The notes under the pieces are model-generated. The model saw nothing but the letters and a program-made list of their open reading frames with translations, did no database searches and was not told the DNA's origin. Below, piece after piece: positions 24,416 to 36,785 of a stretch of 64,000 nucleotides of DNA. How positions within the stretch are numbered: position 1 is the first letter of the stretch; each line of letters opens with the position of its first letter. The position numbers and the translations under genes were made by a program. The DNA is from Felis catus. Its lineage: Eukaryota. The stretch lies in NCBI RefSeq assembly GCF_018350175.1, contig NC_058368.1, positions 66,094,001 to 66,158,000 of the forward strand, written 5' to 3'.

Positions 24416-26239
24416 TAAGACATTGTTTGTTAATTATGCCAATTGGGAGTACAAAGGAAGTCTAAAAACAGAGATGGTTTCATTGATCCAATAGAATGGT
24501 TATGGCTGCCTGGAATTCTGTGTTGAGTAGGAGCCTGAGGTCACCTCGGGGCTCTCTATGAATGAGCACTGTGATGAATTAATGGTGCTTCATGGGGAAA
24601 GGAGTGAAGAAATGATTTCTTTCTGGTGCACATGTTAGGCATGTGCCATCTTGACTTTAAAAGGCGATCTGTCTTTTGTGCATTTTCTACCATTTGATAT
24701 TCATTATATTCACCCTTTGTTCTTCATGCACCTGAACATATTTGGTTAACTCAGCTTTGAAATTTCAATGATGAATAGTCTCCCATGTAGAGAATTTTTT
24801 AAATTAACTGAAAATTATACATTTATAAGTTGGAATAAAGCATGTGGTGTATGTTATCATCCCTTTTCTGATGACTTATGATTTGATTAAAGATTTTAAT
24901 GAACAATCAGAAGATTTAGCTAATATAAAATTTTATCCAAATTGGTCATTTAAATTATTGAAAATCTATCTGGCTTCATGTTTTGGGAAGCTTTGTGCCT
25001 GACTTCCACATGCCCTTTGTTCTTTTTAAAGTTTGCCTGACTTAAAGGAAATTATTCAGTGCAGAGCTCAATTACAAATGTGCTCTGACAATCAGGAAGC
25101 TGTATCTGTGGTTTTATCTGGAACTCCAACAGAGGTGATAAAGAAGTCCCATGGCCTGGAATATAAATTCATACATCCACAAATAGTGGCAGTGGCTCTC
25201 CTTAGTCTAAATCTTCAGAAAAAAAAATTTTTTTCAGAGAGCTTCTGCTTCAGAAAAGCAGCAACACCTACATGACTTTTTTTTTTCTAATTAAATCTTG
25301 TCTTAAAAATAATGCAATGAAGTACATGTGAATTGTTATATTGTGTGGCCACCATAAAACATAAAATTTTTAAATTAAAAAGGTAATAATAGCTGCCAGT
25401 ATTTTCATTTTTGCCAAAAAATACAAATATTATAGGACATCCAAAAGTCTAATGACCTTGAGAGAATTTTATGGTTTGAATTTTCATATAGATGAACTTT
25501 CCTAAGTGATTTTTGCAGATATTTGTACACAGTTAAGCATTTATTCAATGTCAAACATGATTAATGTCTTTTTCTTCCGTTTATTTCCCCTTCTAAATAT
25601 ATTTATTTTGACCATGCTCTCCGGTGATTTTTTTTTTCTTCTGAGACCTTGTACAAAGAAGGTAATAAATATAACAGAACCTAAAACCAAGGAGGGCCCA
25701 CTGAGTTGAGTTTTATTAAAATTTACTATCCAATTGTGTCACTGATAGTTTGCATGTGTCTGTTTTTAACATTTTATATATAACCTATGCATAATCTTCC
25801 TAAAATAAATCTTTAATAAAGATTGAAAATCATAGCATGAATGTCTTAGAACATCACATGACTTGCTTAAAATCCTTCTTACCTTCTCATGAATGGCATG
25901 AGAAAGCCCTTGCACTCTGTTAGACACCAGAGAAGCAAATACTGCAAATGCATTAGCTCCCGATCTCAAGATGTTTGCAGTCTCAAAGGGGGAGACAGAC
26001 AGACAGACAACAGTAACAGGACAATGTTTCACGTACGTTGCGTGTGTCACGTACTTTGAAAACCATAGGATACCATCTATGCCAGACCAGAGAGGTGATA
26101 CCCAGAGTCTGGGCAAAACCAGAAGCATAATACTTGTGAGCAAGGTGAAGGGTGAGTGAGGATCCCACTCCTGAGTGGAACGTGTTGAAGAGAAGGAATC
26201 TACTTGTGCACAGGCTTTGAGTTTAAAAATGCTGGGCCT

Positions 26240-26428
26240 GGGGCGCCTGAGTGACTCAGTTGGTTAAGTGTCTGACTCTTGGTTTCAGCTCGTGATCTCA
26301 CCAGTTTGTGAGCTCAAGCCCCTCATCGGGCCCTACATTGACAGCATGGAGCCTGCTTGGGATTCTCTCTTTCCCTCTCTCTGTCTGCACCCCTGCTCCA
26401 TCTCTCAAAATAAGTAAAAAACAAACAA
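26240..26428 (+). mobile_element. Can-SINE
   Basis: ggggcgcctgagtgactcagttggttaag; perfect TSD aaaaatgctgggcc (26225 / 26429). Confidence 0.96.
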
Positions 26429-27421
26429 AAAAATGCTGGGCCCTATTCAGGAAATTGTGGCTATAAGAGAAAGAATATCTCCATGTTGGAGAGAGAAAGA
26501 GAGTCATGTCTATGTCTAATTATTTTCCGACTCACACATGAACTCTCCGAACAGTTCTCCTCCTCCTTGACTTCAGCATTGAATGGCCATAAACGTGATT
26601 GCCAGCTCTGCACTAGAGTAAGTACTTTAGTAATGACTTTGAACCAAAGCAATTGTTTGATTCCGATCCAGGACTACCATCGTCATTACCCTCTCCTAAA
26701 GTACTCACAGATGAAAGCAGTACACTCATGAAATGTGCAGGGCTCTTTACATAAGCTTTAAAAACAAAAAGACATTTCTTTGATCCTGTCTCACAATCGA
26801 CTTAAAATAAAATACGTTCAAGATTTGGCTGTGACAGCACTCAGCACAAAATGGAGCTACCATAATGCCAGCAAGAATGTGGTCACATGTGTTACAAATG
26901 GAGGAATTCTCTGGTTAGACATTTTTTAGGGGTCACTGATTAGATTTCCATTTGTCTATACTTAGCATGAGGAAGAGCCCTGACCCTCTAAGAAAAAGTT
27001 ATTTTATGTTTTAGTGTCCTCATTCTTTGTTCCCCCCACCACGGCTCTCTTGGCGACAGGAAGAGATCTTTCCCAATGTGGACTCCGGGTGAGAGAACGC
27101 GGTCATTGGGGATAATGTTTCAGATCACATGGATACTCTGCTGAAGAGACTTGTTACACATGTCCAGATATCAGATGGTTCTATGTTTCCATGCTGTGCT
27201 CTTTCTCTCCAGAGCCACTAAGAGGCCTGGAGACCCTCCAGCACAAGCCTTTAAATAATCTTGGACTCTTCACTAGAGACTTGTTTAACTTTTGAGAGGA
27301 AATTTATGATTTATAAATAATGATATATCATTACTGTATCGTGTCTCTCTCTTTGCCACCAGGAAATCGTACTATTTGCAAGAACAGATACAATAATGCT
27401 GTCATTTAAAAATAAAGACGA

Positions 27422-27618
27422 GGGGTGCCCAGGTGGCTAAGGGCCTGATTCTTGACTTCAGGTCAGTTTGCAATCTTCTGGTTTGTATGTTCGAGCCCTG
27501 CATGGGGCTCCGTGCCAACAGGGCAGAGCCTGCTTGGGATTCTCTCTCTCCCTGCCCCTCCTCCACTCATCCTCTCCCTCTCTCCCTCTCTCTCAAAAGA
27601 AAATAAGTTAAAAAGAAA
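27422..27618 (+). mobile_element. Can-SINE
   Basis: ggggtgcccaggtggct, gttcgagccc, CT tract; TSD taaaaataaagac (27407 / 27619). Confidence 0.93.
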
Positions 27619-28011
27619 TAAAAATAAAGACAAAGCTATATGTTCAGAATTTAAGCACAATCTGTGAATTTCATCAGGTTGTTGGTGTTTTAGAAATAAA
27701 TGCATATTAAAGAACCATACATAAGCAGTTTGCATATTTTCCCAGCAGTGCACCGCCCTGAGGACCAATGGTGTAACTAAGTGTAAAACGCCATCAGATT
27801 TTATTTGACAAAGATTTTCAACAGCAAGTGCATTTTTTTCAGGGTAACAACGATCATGTGAAAGTACAGATAAAGTAACTCATACTCAATAGCTCAGCAA
27901 AAATACTACTTTTGTGTATGTGGTATAATATTTTCAGAAGAATATTATATGCAGTATAAATGAGGTTATGTTTTAAACATTACAATGAAGGTCTAAAAAT
28001 GGTTTTCAACC

Positions 28012-28151
28012 AGGGTGCCTGGGTTATCAGGATTCGACTTCAGCTCAGGTCATGGGTTTGAGCCCATGTAGGACTCTGTGCTGACAACTCAGAGCCTGGA
28101 GCCTGCTTCAGCTTCAGATTCTGTGTCTCCTCTCTCTCTGCCTGCCCTAGC

Positions 28152-28204
<53 letters not shown>

Positions 28205-28236
28205 AATAAGTAAAAAAAAAATTTTTAATAAAAAAA
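28012..28236 (+). mobile_element. Can-SINE with small deletions in the head and expanded (CT)n
   Basis: agggtgcctggg, cgacttcagctcaggtcatg, cagagcctggagcctgcttcag, (CT)n, A tail. Confidence 0.92.
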
Positions 28237-29574
28237 GTGTTCAGCCAATTTTAAAAATCACTTTGAATTTCAACAGCTTGAACCCCTCTTGCTAACCCAC
28301 AGCATTCCAAATCTTCTCCCCCCTCAGGATGCCCCTACTTGACATTATGTCAGTTGAATTTTATGCCCCTGCAATAGCAGATAGGTTTTGCATGCTCTTG
28401 ACCTCAGATCGAAAGATCACCAATGATGTTCTTTGATGCCCTGTGTTGATGGTGGAGCAGAGCAGACAGTTACCCAGACTTCACCAGGCTTCCAGCACAT
28501 CATCACCCGATGCCTGCTTGATATATTCCCTCTGACTCTTGCAAGTAAATAGGTAATGCTGTGATTGGAGTTCAGTCAGCAAAATAATTATAGTTTTGCC
28601 TTGGATTGGAAGATGACCTCCATAATGGAAAGTAACAAAGAATATCATCTCACTATAATTTGTGTATACTTTCCTTGGTTAAAAGTTGATTATATCACAA
28701 TGAATCCAGTGTAACCTGTGAATGTGGTACGAGGAATGAAACTGAGAACAAATGGAAATTTTAGCCTCTTTCCAGAATTGAGGTGGTTATTTAAAATTTA
28801 AAGGCTGGTCAAGAAATAAATGGCCTACCAGACACTTTTGCTTCTAGAGCTTAAAATTCTTTATATACTCATCTGCTTATGAATTTGTATACATCCTTAC
28901 ATTGTAGACCGTGGGGAAAATGTCTTTGCATCTAAGCATGGAATTGTGGTTGTAGAGACTCAGCTGCATGAATGGTGTGTGAAGTCATAACCACTTTACA
29001 AATATGGTAATACAGTCAGCCTAAAAACATAATTAATCATCAAATCCTAGCAGGGTGAGAGTATTCCTTGTATGAATAAAATTTTCCCAGGAATACTGTG
29101 CTCTAAGACTGCTTGAGGCAGAGCCACCAGTTAACTTCTGTGATCCTCGTCTTTCCTCTTCGATTGTAGACACAGTGGTATTTCAGAGATTTCTAACAAG
29201 ACAGTTTGAAAGTTATGGGGTAAATGTAAAGACAGGGAAATGCTGTTAGTTAGCGGTACTAACAGATCCACACTGGAGGTGTTTTTTTCATGTTTCGGAA
29301 TGTTGGTAGCGTCACTGAGATCTCTGCAGGTGATATATTCGAGTTTATTGAGGACACTTATTTCACCCATGGTGAACTTAATGCAAAAATGTTTCTGTGA
29401 GCTGCTTTCCACTTTAATATTTCTAGCTAATGGGACATTTCAAGTGTGCAAGCTCCCCTGTACATATGTGTGTACCTGTATTCCTCCTGACAATATACGT
29501 AATTTTCGATTTGTAAATAGCATAGACACTGCTTCCACAGGGTTCCAGAGCCATTGTATAATTTGTCTCCATTA

Positions 29575-29735
29575 GTACTCCTCACATTGTTGCGCAATTA
29601 TTTACATGTCTGTTTCCTGCGCGGGATTTTCTAGCTCCCTGGGTGAAAGAGTCAAGGATCATTCACTTCCCCAGCTCATATCACATTGTCTGGCACAAAG
29701 AATGCCACAGCAACTGTTTGCTACTTGAATAAAGT
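29575..29735 (+). mobile_element. L2 3' end relic
   Basis: ctagctccctgggtgaaagag, cacattgtctggcacaaag, tgtttgctacttgaataaa. Confidence 0.55.
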
Positions 29736-31067
29736 CTGTGGTTAATACATTTGGTGCCCAGACTGCAGAGAGGGCACAATATCCTGCTGTTTTCCTTATT
29801 TTCATGTGTCCTAAAAAATGCCATAAATAATACCATTTGTTCTAGTCCTTTCCCTCTTTCGGAGTATAATGCAATGATTTACAAGAATCTCAGTGAGTGT
29901 TCCCTTCTCATAGAGGAGAAAACCAGAGGCAGTCCTCTGAAATTCATCAAGCCAGAATCTGATCTCAGAAGAACTCAGTTCTCCAACTCTCAGGTGAAAC
30001 TTCTTAAGAAAAGACAGACTGGCTTAGTGTCTGGGAATTTCAGGTCTGTGAATCTGGGTGCTTAGACTGACCCAGACGGCCATTTCCTCCCTGACCTCGT
30101 CTATTCATTAAGATGGAAAAGCTGAGAATTTGAAGAAAAGGCTGATAAGCAATTCCGATTATATTTGAAAAAATAAGTTGGGTTATAAAAGCAAATAACA
30201 AAGAAATGTACTCCAATGTATTAATCTGTGGAGAATCATTTATAGACTTTCAGATGATTAGCCATTATCTTAGATAAATGGAATGGAGAAACCCAGTGGT
30301 AACAGTGAGAAGGATAATCAATTTAATAAATTTCTCTGTTCTCAGGGGAAACATTTCACCTTATTTTTCTTTAGCCCATCAGTGCCAAAGAAGGTTTTCC
30401 TGGAGTCTTCTGATGGACTTCATTGATAGGAGTTAACAATTTGATTGAATATTTAAAATGGTAGCGAGTCCTAAGGGCGGGGGAGGGGCATATAAACATT
30501 GCACACTGGTCCACAGCAACAGGATTATCACCCAGATATTGTTATTAATGCTGACTAACTCTTAAAAGATTAAGTATGCCTAGTTGTGAAACATCCCGAA
30601 ATGTTTATTTTCCATATTGAGGAAGCAAGTCTTTGGAGCTCAAAAAGCATATTCTCTCTTCAATTCTTCTCTGACTGGGTTTGTCATGCAGACTGAAATT
30701 CCAGTATTTCATGTCTCTCTTTAAATCCAAATGGTTATACTCACAATGGGTATGTTCACTTAGTTAGACAATGCGTCCCACCACTAACATCTGTAAAATA
30801 GTGCCACCCAGAATATTACAAGAGTAAGACATGGGGGAGGAGGTTTTGAGGAGGAAAGGACCAGAAGGAAAGGTCAAAATGAAGTGATGCCTCATAGCAA
30901 GAGTTCCCACAAAAGCACTACATGTATAGTCCAGTTGGGTTTGGAGAGGAAGAAGCTATATGTCCTAGAAAGAAATGTGGTTAGCAGGAAGGAAGCAGGT
31001 GCCAAAGACCAACTCTATATTTAATTTTCCAGTTAAGTCCAGACACTATACAATAAATCTGGTTACT

Positions 31068-31241
31068 GGGGCGCCTGGGTGGCTCAGTGGTTAAGCATCT
31101 GACTCCAGCTCAGGTCATGATCTCATAGTTCGTGAGTTTGAGCCCCACATCGGGCTCTGTGCTGACAGCTCAGAGCCCAGAGCCTGCTTCAGATTGTGTG
31201 TCTTCCTCGTTTTCTGCCCCTTCCCTGTTCATGCACGCACA

Positions 31242-31286
<45 letters not shown>

Positions 31287-31311
31287 AAAAATAAATAAAA
31301 CATTAAAAAAA
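31068..31311 (+). mobile_element. Can-SINE
   Basis: Full body; left TSD taaatctggtta (31054), matched by taaatgtggtta after the next SINE (31550). Confidence 0.95.
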
Positions 31312-31321
31312 CTAAATGTGA

Positions 31322-31548
31322 GGGGAGCCTGGGTGGCACAGTCGGTTAAGCGTCCGACTTCAGCCAGGTCACAATCTCACGGTCCGTGAGTTCGAGCCCC
31401 GCGTCGGGCTCTGGGCTGATGGCTCAGAGCCTGGAGCCTGTTTCCGATTCTGTGTCTCCCTCTCTCTCTGCCCCTCCCCCTGTTCATGATCTGTCTCTCT
31501 CTGTCCCAAAAATAAATAAACGTTGGAAAAAAAAAAACAAAAAAAAAG
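31322..31548 (+). mobile_element. Young felid SINEC_Fc-type SINE
   Basis: Diagnostic cagccaggtcac, ggtccgtgagttcgagccccgcgtcgggctctgggctgatgg, tttccgattc; TSD ctaaatgtg. Confidence 0.96.
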
Positions 31549-32529
31549 CTAAATGTGGTTAAATAGCCTGTTAGTATGCACAAACTGAGCGCAGGGCTCT
31601 GTGGTTAGGGTCTGCACTGACCCTGTGCATGCTGTGGTTCCCTTCCCAACACGCCCATTTCCATACTTCCACTGCATTCCTTTCTGCTGTCTTACACAAT
31701 TCATTGAGAGGATATCTCCTCATTCCCCTTCATCCAGCCTTTCTCCATGTCCTCCAAATCATGCTTTACCCCCCACAGCCACTACGTCTACTTGAAATCA
31801 GGACTGTCACTCCATGCTCAGGTTTCTGCTCCCACCTGTTAGCTGGTTTTCCCATCTTCAGGCTCTGGATGCTCTGATCTCCAGATACTTCACAATCCCT
31901 CTCTGAACCCATCCAAACTACCCAACCTTATCTTCTTCCATTCTCCAGCACATTAACTTTACAAGGCAAGAAGTTTCCTTACTCTCTCTTGTGAATCCTT
32001 AAAATGACCATGGTCTCGGGGAAGACCTAATTCTCTCTAAATTTAGCCAGCTCTTCCCATAGTAATACGTACTTCACATGCGTTAAAGGATACAAGAAGA
32101 TAACCTCCATCAGCCACCTGCCACAGGACTTGGCATACAATTGGTATTCAGTAAACTTTCCTTTACTCTCTGCTCCTCTCCCATGCCTTTGCTGATCTTT
32201 CCATCTTCTGCCCATGTTCCTTGTAAATTCTTTTCTTTCATCCTTCATGTTCCTGGATTCTGTTTATCTTCAGAAGGTATATGTCCTCCATGAAACTTTG
32301 GCCAGATACCCAGCAAATACATCAACCCACTCTGGACCCAGAATCAGTACCATGCAGTCTATCATCTGTTATTCGCTAATAATTCCCTGTGTGCTAAGCC
32401 AGTCTTTCCAGCCAAATTATAGGTTCTTCAAGGACTGGACCCTGAATTTCTTATAGAATCCAGGATAGTATAGAATACTTAGTGATTGGTCATGGTGTAT
32501 CTGATTCAGACAGTGACATGTGATCTGTC

Positions 32530-32845
32530 AGGTATGTCTACTTGGGTCTCTGCTGGAATGTCATCTGCTCCAAGGGCTTATCTAAACACTCCATCTAAAA
32601 AATAGCCCTTTCATCACACAGCACCCTTACTTCGCTCACAGTTTTCTTTATAGCACCTATCTCTACTTAGTAGTATGTTAATTATCTATTATTTTATTTC
32701 TTTATCATCTGTCCCATTCCCATAAAAATTGTAAGTTCCATGAGGTCAGACACTTTGTTTTTAACATTGCTCTAGCCCTGGGGATAGGAAGAATGCCCGT
32801 CACTTGATAGACACTGAGTAAGTGTGGAAAGAAGGAGTGAATCTG
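32530..32845 (+). mobile_element. L2 3' end
   Basis: ttctttatagcacctatc, tgtaagttccatgaggtcagacactttgt, gatagacactgagtaagtg. Confidence 0.7.
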
Positions 32846-33889
32846 TTTAGGATCTGGTTCTCTGATTGGCAATAAACAGTTATGACTTTGACCCAAGTCC
32901 TAGTTCAAATAAACAGGTGTAGGTTTTATATATCATTAAAAGGAATAAATGACCAGTATTAATAAACACTTACATGGATAGCTTTAACAAGAAGACCAGA
33001 AAGCCCCCATTAGAAAGGAGGCTTTAATACTCATGGTCTTTTCCTCTTTTCTGATAAAACCCAGAACTAAGATATAAATGTCTTTTTATTAATCTTTCCC
33101 CCGTCCACTTACTTAAAGATAAACAGAGCACAGGGCTTTATCAGTTATCCAAAAGAGAAGAGGAGTATTTGGATGAATGAAGAATGACCTAAAATACTTT
33201 TTATGCAAGTGAAAATGGCTTTCCCATTCATTACCAATGACTCAGACCTCCTACCACTGTGAATTGTATCTCTCATCTCCCAAGAAGCTAAGATTTATAA
33301 ATTGTGCTTCATAATGAAATTATTTTATGCCATTGTTTAGTGACACTATTACTGAAAATACTTGTAGCACTCGTGAAATGTTCTGTGGACATTTTTATTA
33401 ACTGCACATAAATCCAGAGAAACTGTGTTCTGTTATTGCCACCTCTTTTGCCATCTCCTGTAGAGATTTGCATCCAAGGCCAAAACTTGAGTCGTAATGA
33501 GAAAATCTGCTGAATCCAAATTCTCTCTCTCTGTGCTTCTCTCATGCTACATGAAGCATTTCACTTCTCTGTACAGTAACTTATATGTATATACACATGT
33601 TTTTTATTTATGTGTGTACATATATACATATATACATTATTTGATTAAAAAAAGGAAACTGACATGTGAAAATTTTTATTTAGCCATGATTCATGGTAGA
33701 AATCGACTGAAATTCATGTGGTCCATGATCCTCAAGAAAATGAATTCATAACCTCAGGTCAGCAATTACATAAGTTGGTAATATGCAAATGAATTCAAAT
33801 GTCAGTTAACTGTTTCATATGAGAGTAAGCACTATTTGTGATGAAGAAAAATTACTCTTAGAGTTTCTTTCAAAGACACATGGGGGGGG

Positions 33890-34107
33890 GGGGCGCCTGG
33901 GTGGCGCAGTCGGTTCAGCGTCCGACTTCAGCCAGGTCACGATCTCGCGGTCCGTGAGTTCGAGCCCCGCGTCGGGCTCTGGGCTGATGGCTCAGAGCCT
34001 GGAGCCTGTTTCCGATTCTGTGTCTCCCTCTCTCTCTGCCCCTCCCCTGTTCATGCTCTGTCTCTCTCTGTCCCAAAAATAAATAAACGTTGAAAAAAAA
34101 AAAAAAA
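33890..34107 (+). mobile_element. Very young felid SINEC_Fc-type SINE
   Basis: CpG-rich near-consensus body, A15 tail, perfect TSD caaagacacatgggggg (33871 / 34108). Confidence 0.98.
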
Positions 34108-34910
34108 CAAAGACACATGGGGGGTTTGTTTTTAATGTCCTGAGTTGAAAGAAAATTGTAGAATTCTCTTATCCAGACATCAGGACTATTATTATCACAT
34201 CTTAAGTTAATGAAGTTGAAGTCCAGACAGTTTGATTGACTTGTCCAGGATTACAAAGCTTATTTGGTGCAGTAAGAGCCAGAACTCTAGTACACTGCTT
34301 TCTAAATGATGCTGAGTCACTTGACGGTGGTGTGTTGGAGCTCAGTCTTGGAAGATAGGTACCACAGCAAGGGCCGTTGAAGCTCGGAATCTCAGGACAA
34401 GGTTAGAGGTAGTCACAAGAATGGTTTGGCTGCAATTGAGGTTAGAAATTATGTCAAAGATAAACTACATCATGGATTTTTACTTTCTCTAGTAAACAAT
34501 GGTACAGTAACCAAGTTGTTGTGTGGGTTGTGGGTCAAGGGGGTGTATTTTTGCTTTTGACCATGAAAATGGCAAAAGCAAAGCAACGTTTTCAATGACT
34601 CAACTAGCATGAAGGTGCATGTTGAATAGGATGAGATACACCAAGAAGCCAAGAGATGGGCTAGGTGGCTACTTAAAATGGTCTATGTTATACTAAAGGC
34701 CTTCCATTAATAGTAGGATCTTACAATTTTGTGACTGCATACTTTTCAACAATTCAAACAGTTTTCACAAATATTAGTACATTTCATCATTCTGAGCCTG
34801 TAGAGAAGGCAGGGAAGATCATAACCAAGATACAAGAAACAGCAGCCTGAAGATAATAGCTAACTTGTCCTCACTGCAAATGTGGTCAAACTGAGAGTGG
34901 AGTCCTTGAC

Positions 34911-34912
<2 letters not shown>

Positions 34913-34942
<30 letters not shown>
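34913..34942. repeat. (AC)15 microsatellite
   Basis: Read directly. Confidence 0.97.
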
Positions 34943-34944
<2 letters not shown>

Positions 34945-36569
34945 ATATTTTATTTGTTAGATGCCTTAGACTTTTTAATTTTAATAACATACAACCAACT
35001 TACTCCTTACCTCTCAAAAAGTAACTTCCCTTAATGGATGCTTGGGCAAGACAATTCTGCTTTTCTTCTATAAAAACACTGAATAGTCACCTTCTTTCTT
35101 TTCTTTTTCATTTTGGTTTTTTTTTTCCTTTTGGTTCTAGGTTAGAGATCCATGAGAACAGTCTCTGCTTCTGTGAATTAAAAAAAATGCCTTATCCATT
35201 TGACCTAACCCCTTTGCCACATTTTTAATTTCAAAAAGCTGTAGGAAGAAAATTCAATAAAGATGCTCAAACCGTCATGCTTAACAGCATTTGCGAAGCA
35301 CACATCTGCCCGTGTCCTGTCTTGAGTGCTACTGTAGGTGGCAGAGAGGCTGGCATACACATGAAATGGGTTGTCCTCCCAGAGGGACGGAAAGCGGACG
35401 GCCAACATGAGAGTGTAGCTGTGGAATGGAATACCGGCCTGGTATTTCTGGTATTGCACATCACAGGAGTGGGAATGCGGGAAGTAGATCGCATTCAAAC
35501 ACACATGATTGAAGAAAAAATGGTGAAGAAAAAATAATCTGCATACGTGGCCATGGCTCCTTAGGTGAACAGGGATCTTAAAAATGACAGGTGAAAGAGT
35601 CTGGTTTAGCAAATAGAACACGAGAGGCCAAGATCTGAAGTCCCTGCCCCAGTTCCCTAAACAGCCTCACTCACCTGGATCTCTGTCTCCTCCAGCTGAA
35701 CGCAGCAAAATCCTCCAACTTCAATCTTATGGGGCATAATTGATTATACATCAGATGAGTCTATATCTTAACACTAATTGCACAAAATGCAACAATAGCA
35801 CTAGAAAGTTAAAGAGCCTTTATTTTAAGAATCTTTAAAAGAAAACTTTCTCAGGATAAAAGAAGGACTTTATCTGGGAACTCCTTTTATTAGGAGGCAA
35901 TTTTCCCAGTGAAGAATTCTGAATAAAAGTTAAGACATGTGTTTTTATTTGACAGACTATCTTATTAGTGGTTCCAAAGCAAGACTTGTAATTGCTTCAC
36001 CTTAAAAACAGGCAAGCTGAGTTTTCTCAGGAAGCCTACTGTAATGTGAGCCACATTAGAGAAAATTAGAGGAACGATGACTTTTAATTATTGACTAACT
36101 AGAGAAAAAAGCAGAATTTGGTCATGGAAAAGCTCTCAGCAGCACCTTATAGAAGAAAGTTATGAAGAAAGCCCCAATCCAACTTTATCACGTGGAACGT
36201 GGATTGAAGTGGGATATTTGAAGGTATTCATGCATGCTTCCTCTTGGGGAAAGTAGATGAATGAGCAGATCTAAGAAATTCTGCCTTTCACATTTGGGGA
36301 TATGCCAAGAATCTGGGCAGAGGCCTGCAAGCTATTGTAGGTGTCAAAGCATGTGTGATCTGGGAAACAAACCAGAGCCAGAACATGTAAAACAAGGCCA
36401 GGGTGATTAAGTCACCCCTGAGGTGTAAAATATGAGCCAGACCTCAGAAACAGAAGCAAATCAGAACCAAGAATCCAGCTCTTAGCCAACACAAAGTAGA
36501 GAACAAAAACAAGAGCAAGCCAATGCAGGTATCACTGTTTGATCAACTTCTTGGAAGAAAGGGGCAAAG

Positions 36570-36785
36570 ACTGATATTTATTAAGAGCCCAGCATATGCC
36601 AGGCACTGTTACTTTCCCTACAGAATCTCATCAAGTCTGCACAGCAGTCCTAATAGCTTGTTGATACAGATAACGACTACTCAGAAGAGATTTAGTAACC
36701 TGCCGAAGGTCGCTTAGCTAATAAACCATGAAATCAGATCTGTATAATTTCAGAGCTGGTGGTTCTTCACTACCTGGTGCCGTAC
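36570..36785 (-). mobile_element. MIR
   Basis: atttattaagagcccagcatatgccaggcactgt and gagatttagtaacctgccgaaggtcgcttagcta. Confidence 0.75.

Noticed and set aside
29257..29400. TACTAAC branch point plus short frame IHTGGVFFMFRN...DIFEFIEDTYF
   Set aside because: No pyrimidine tract between branch point and AG, no strong donor, no recognisable homology
33890..33970. tRNA gene (A/B boxes)
   Set aside because: tRNA-derived Can-SINE head followed by CT tract, polyA and TSD; the same applies to the other SINE heads
35669..35725. Minus-strand exon with cag|gtgagt donor
   Set aside because: Lies in a MIR-like relic and has a poor acceptor
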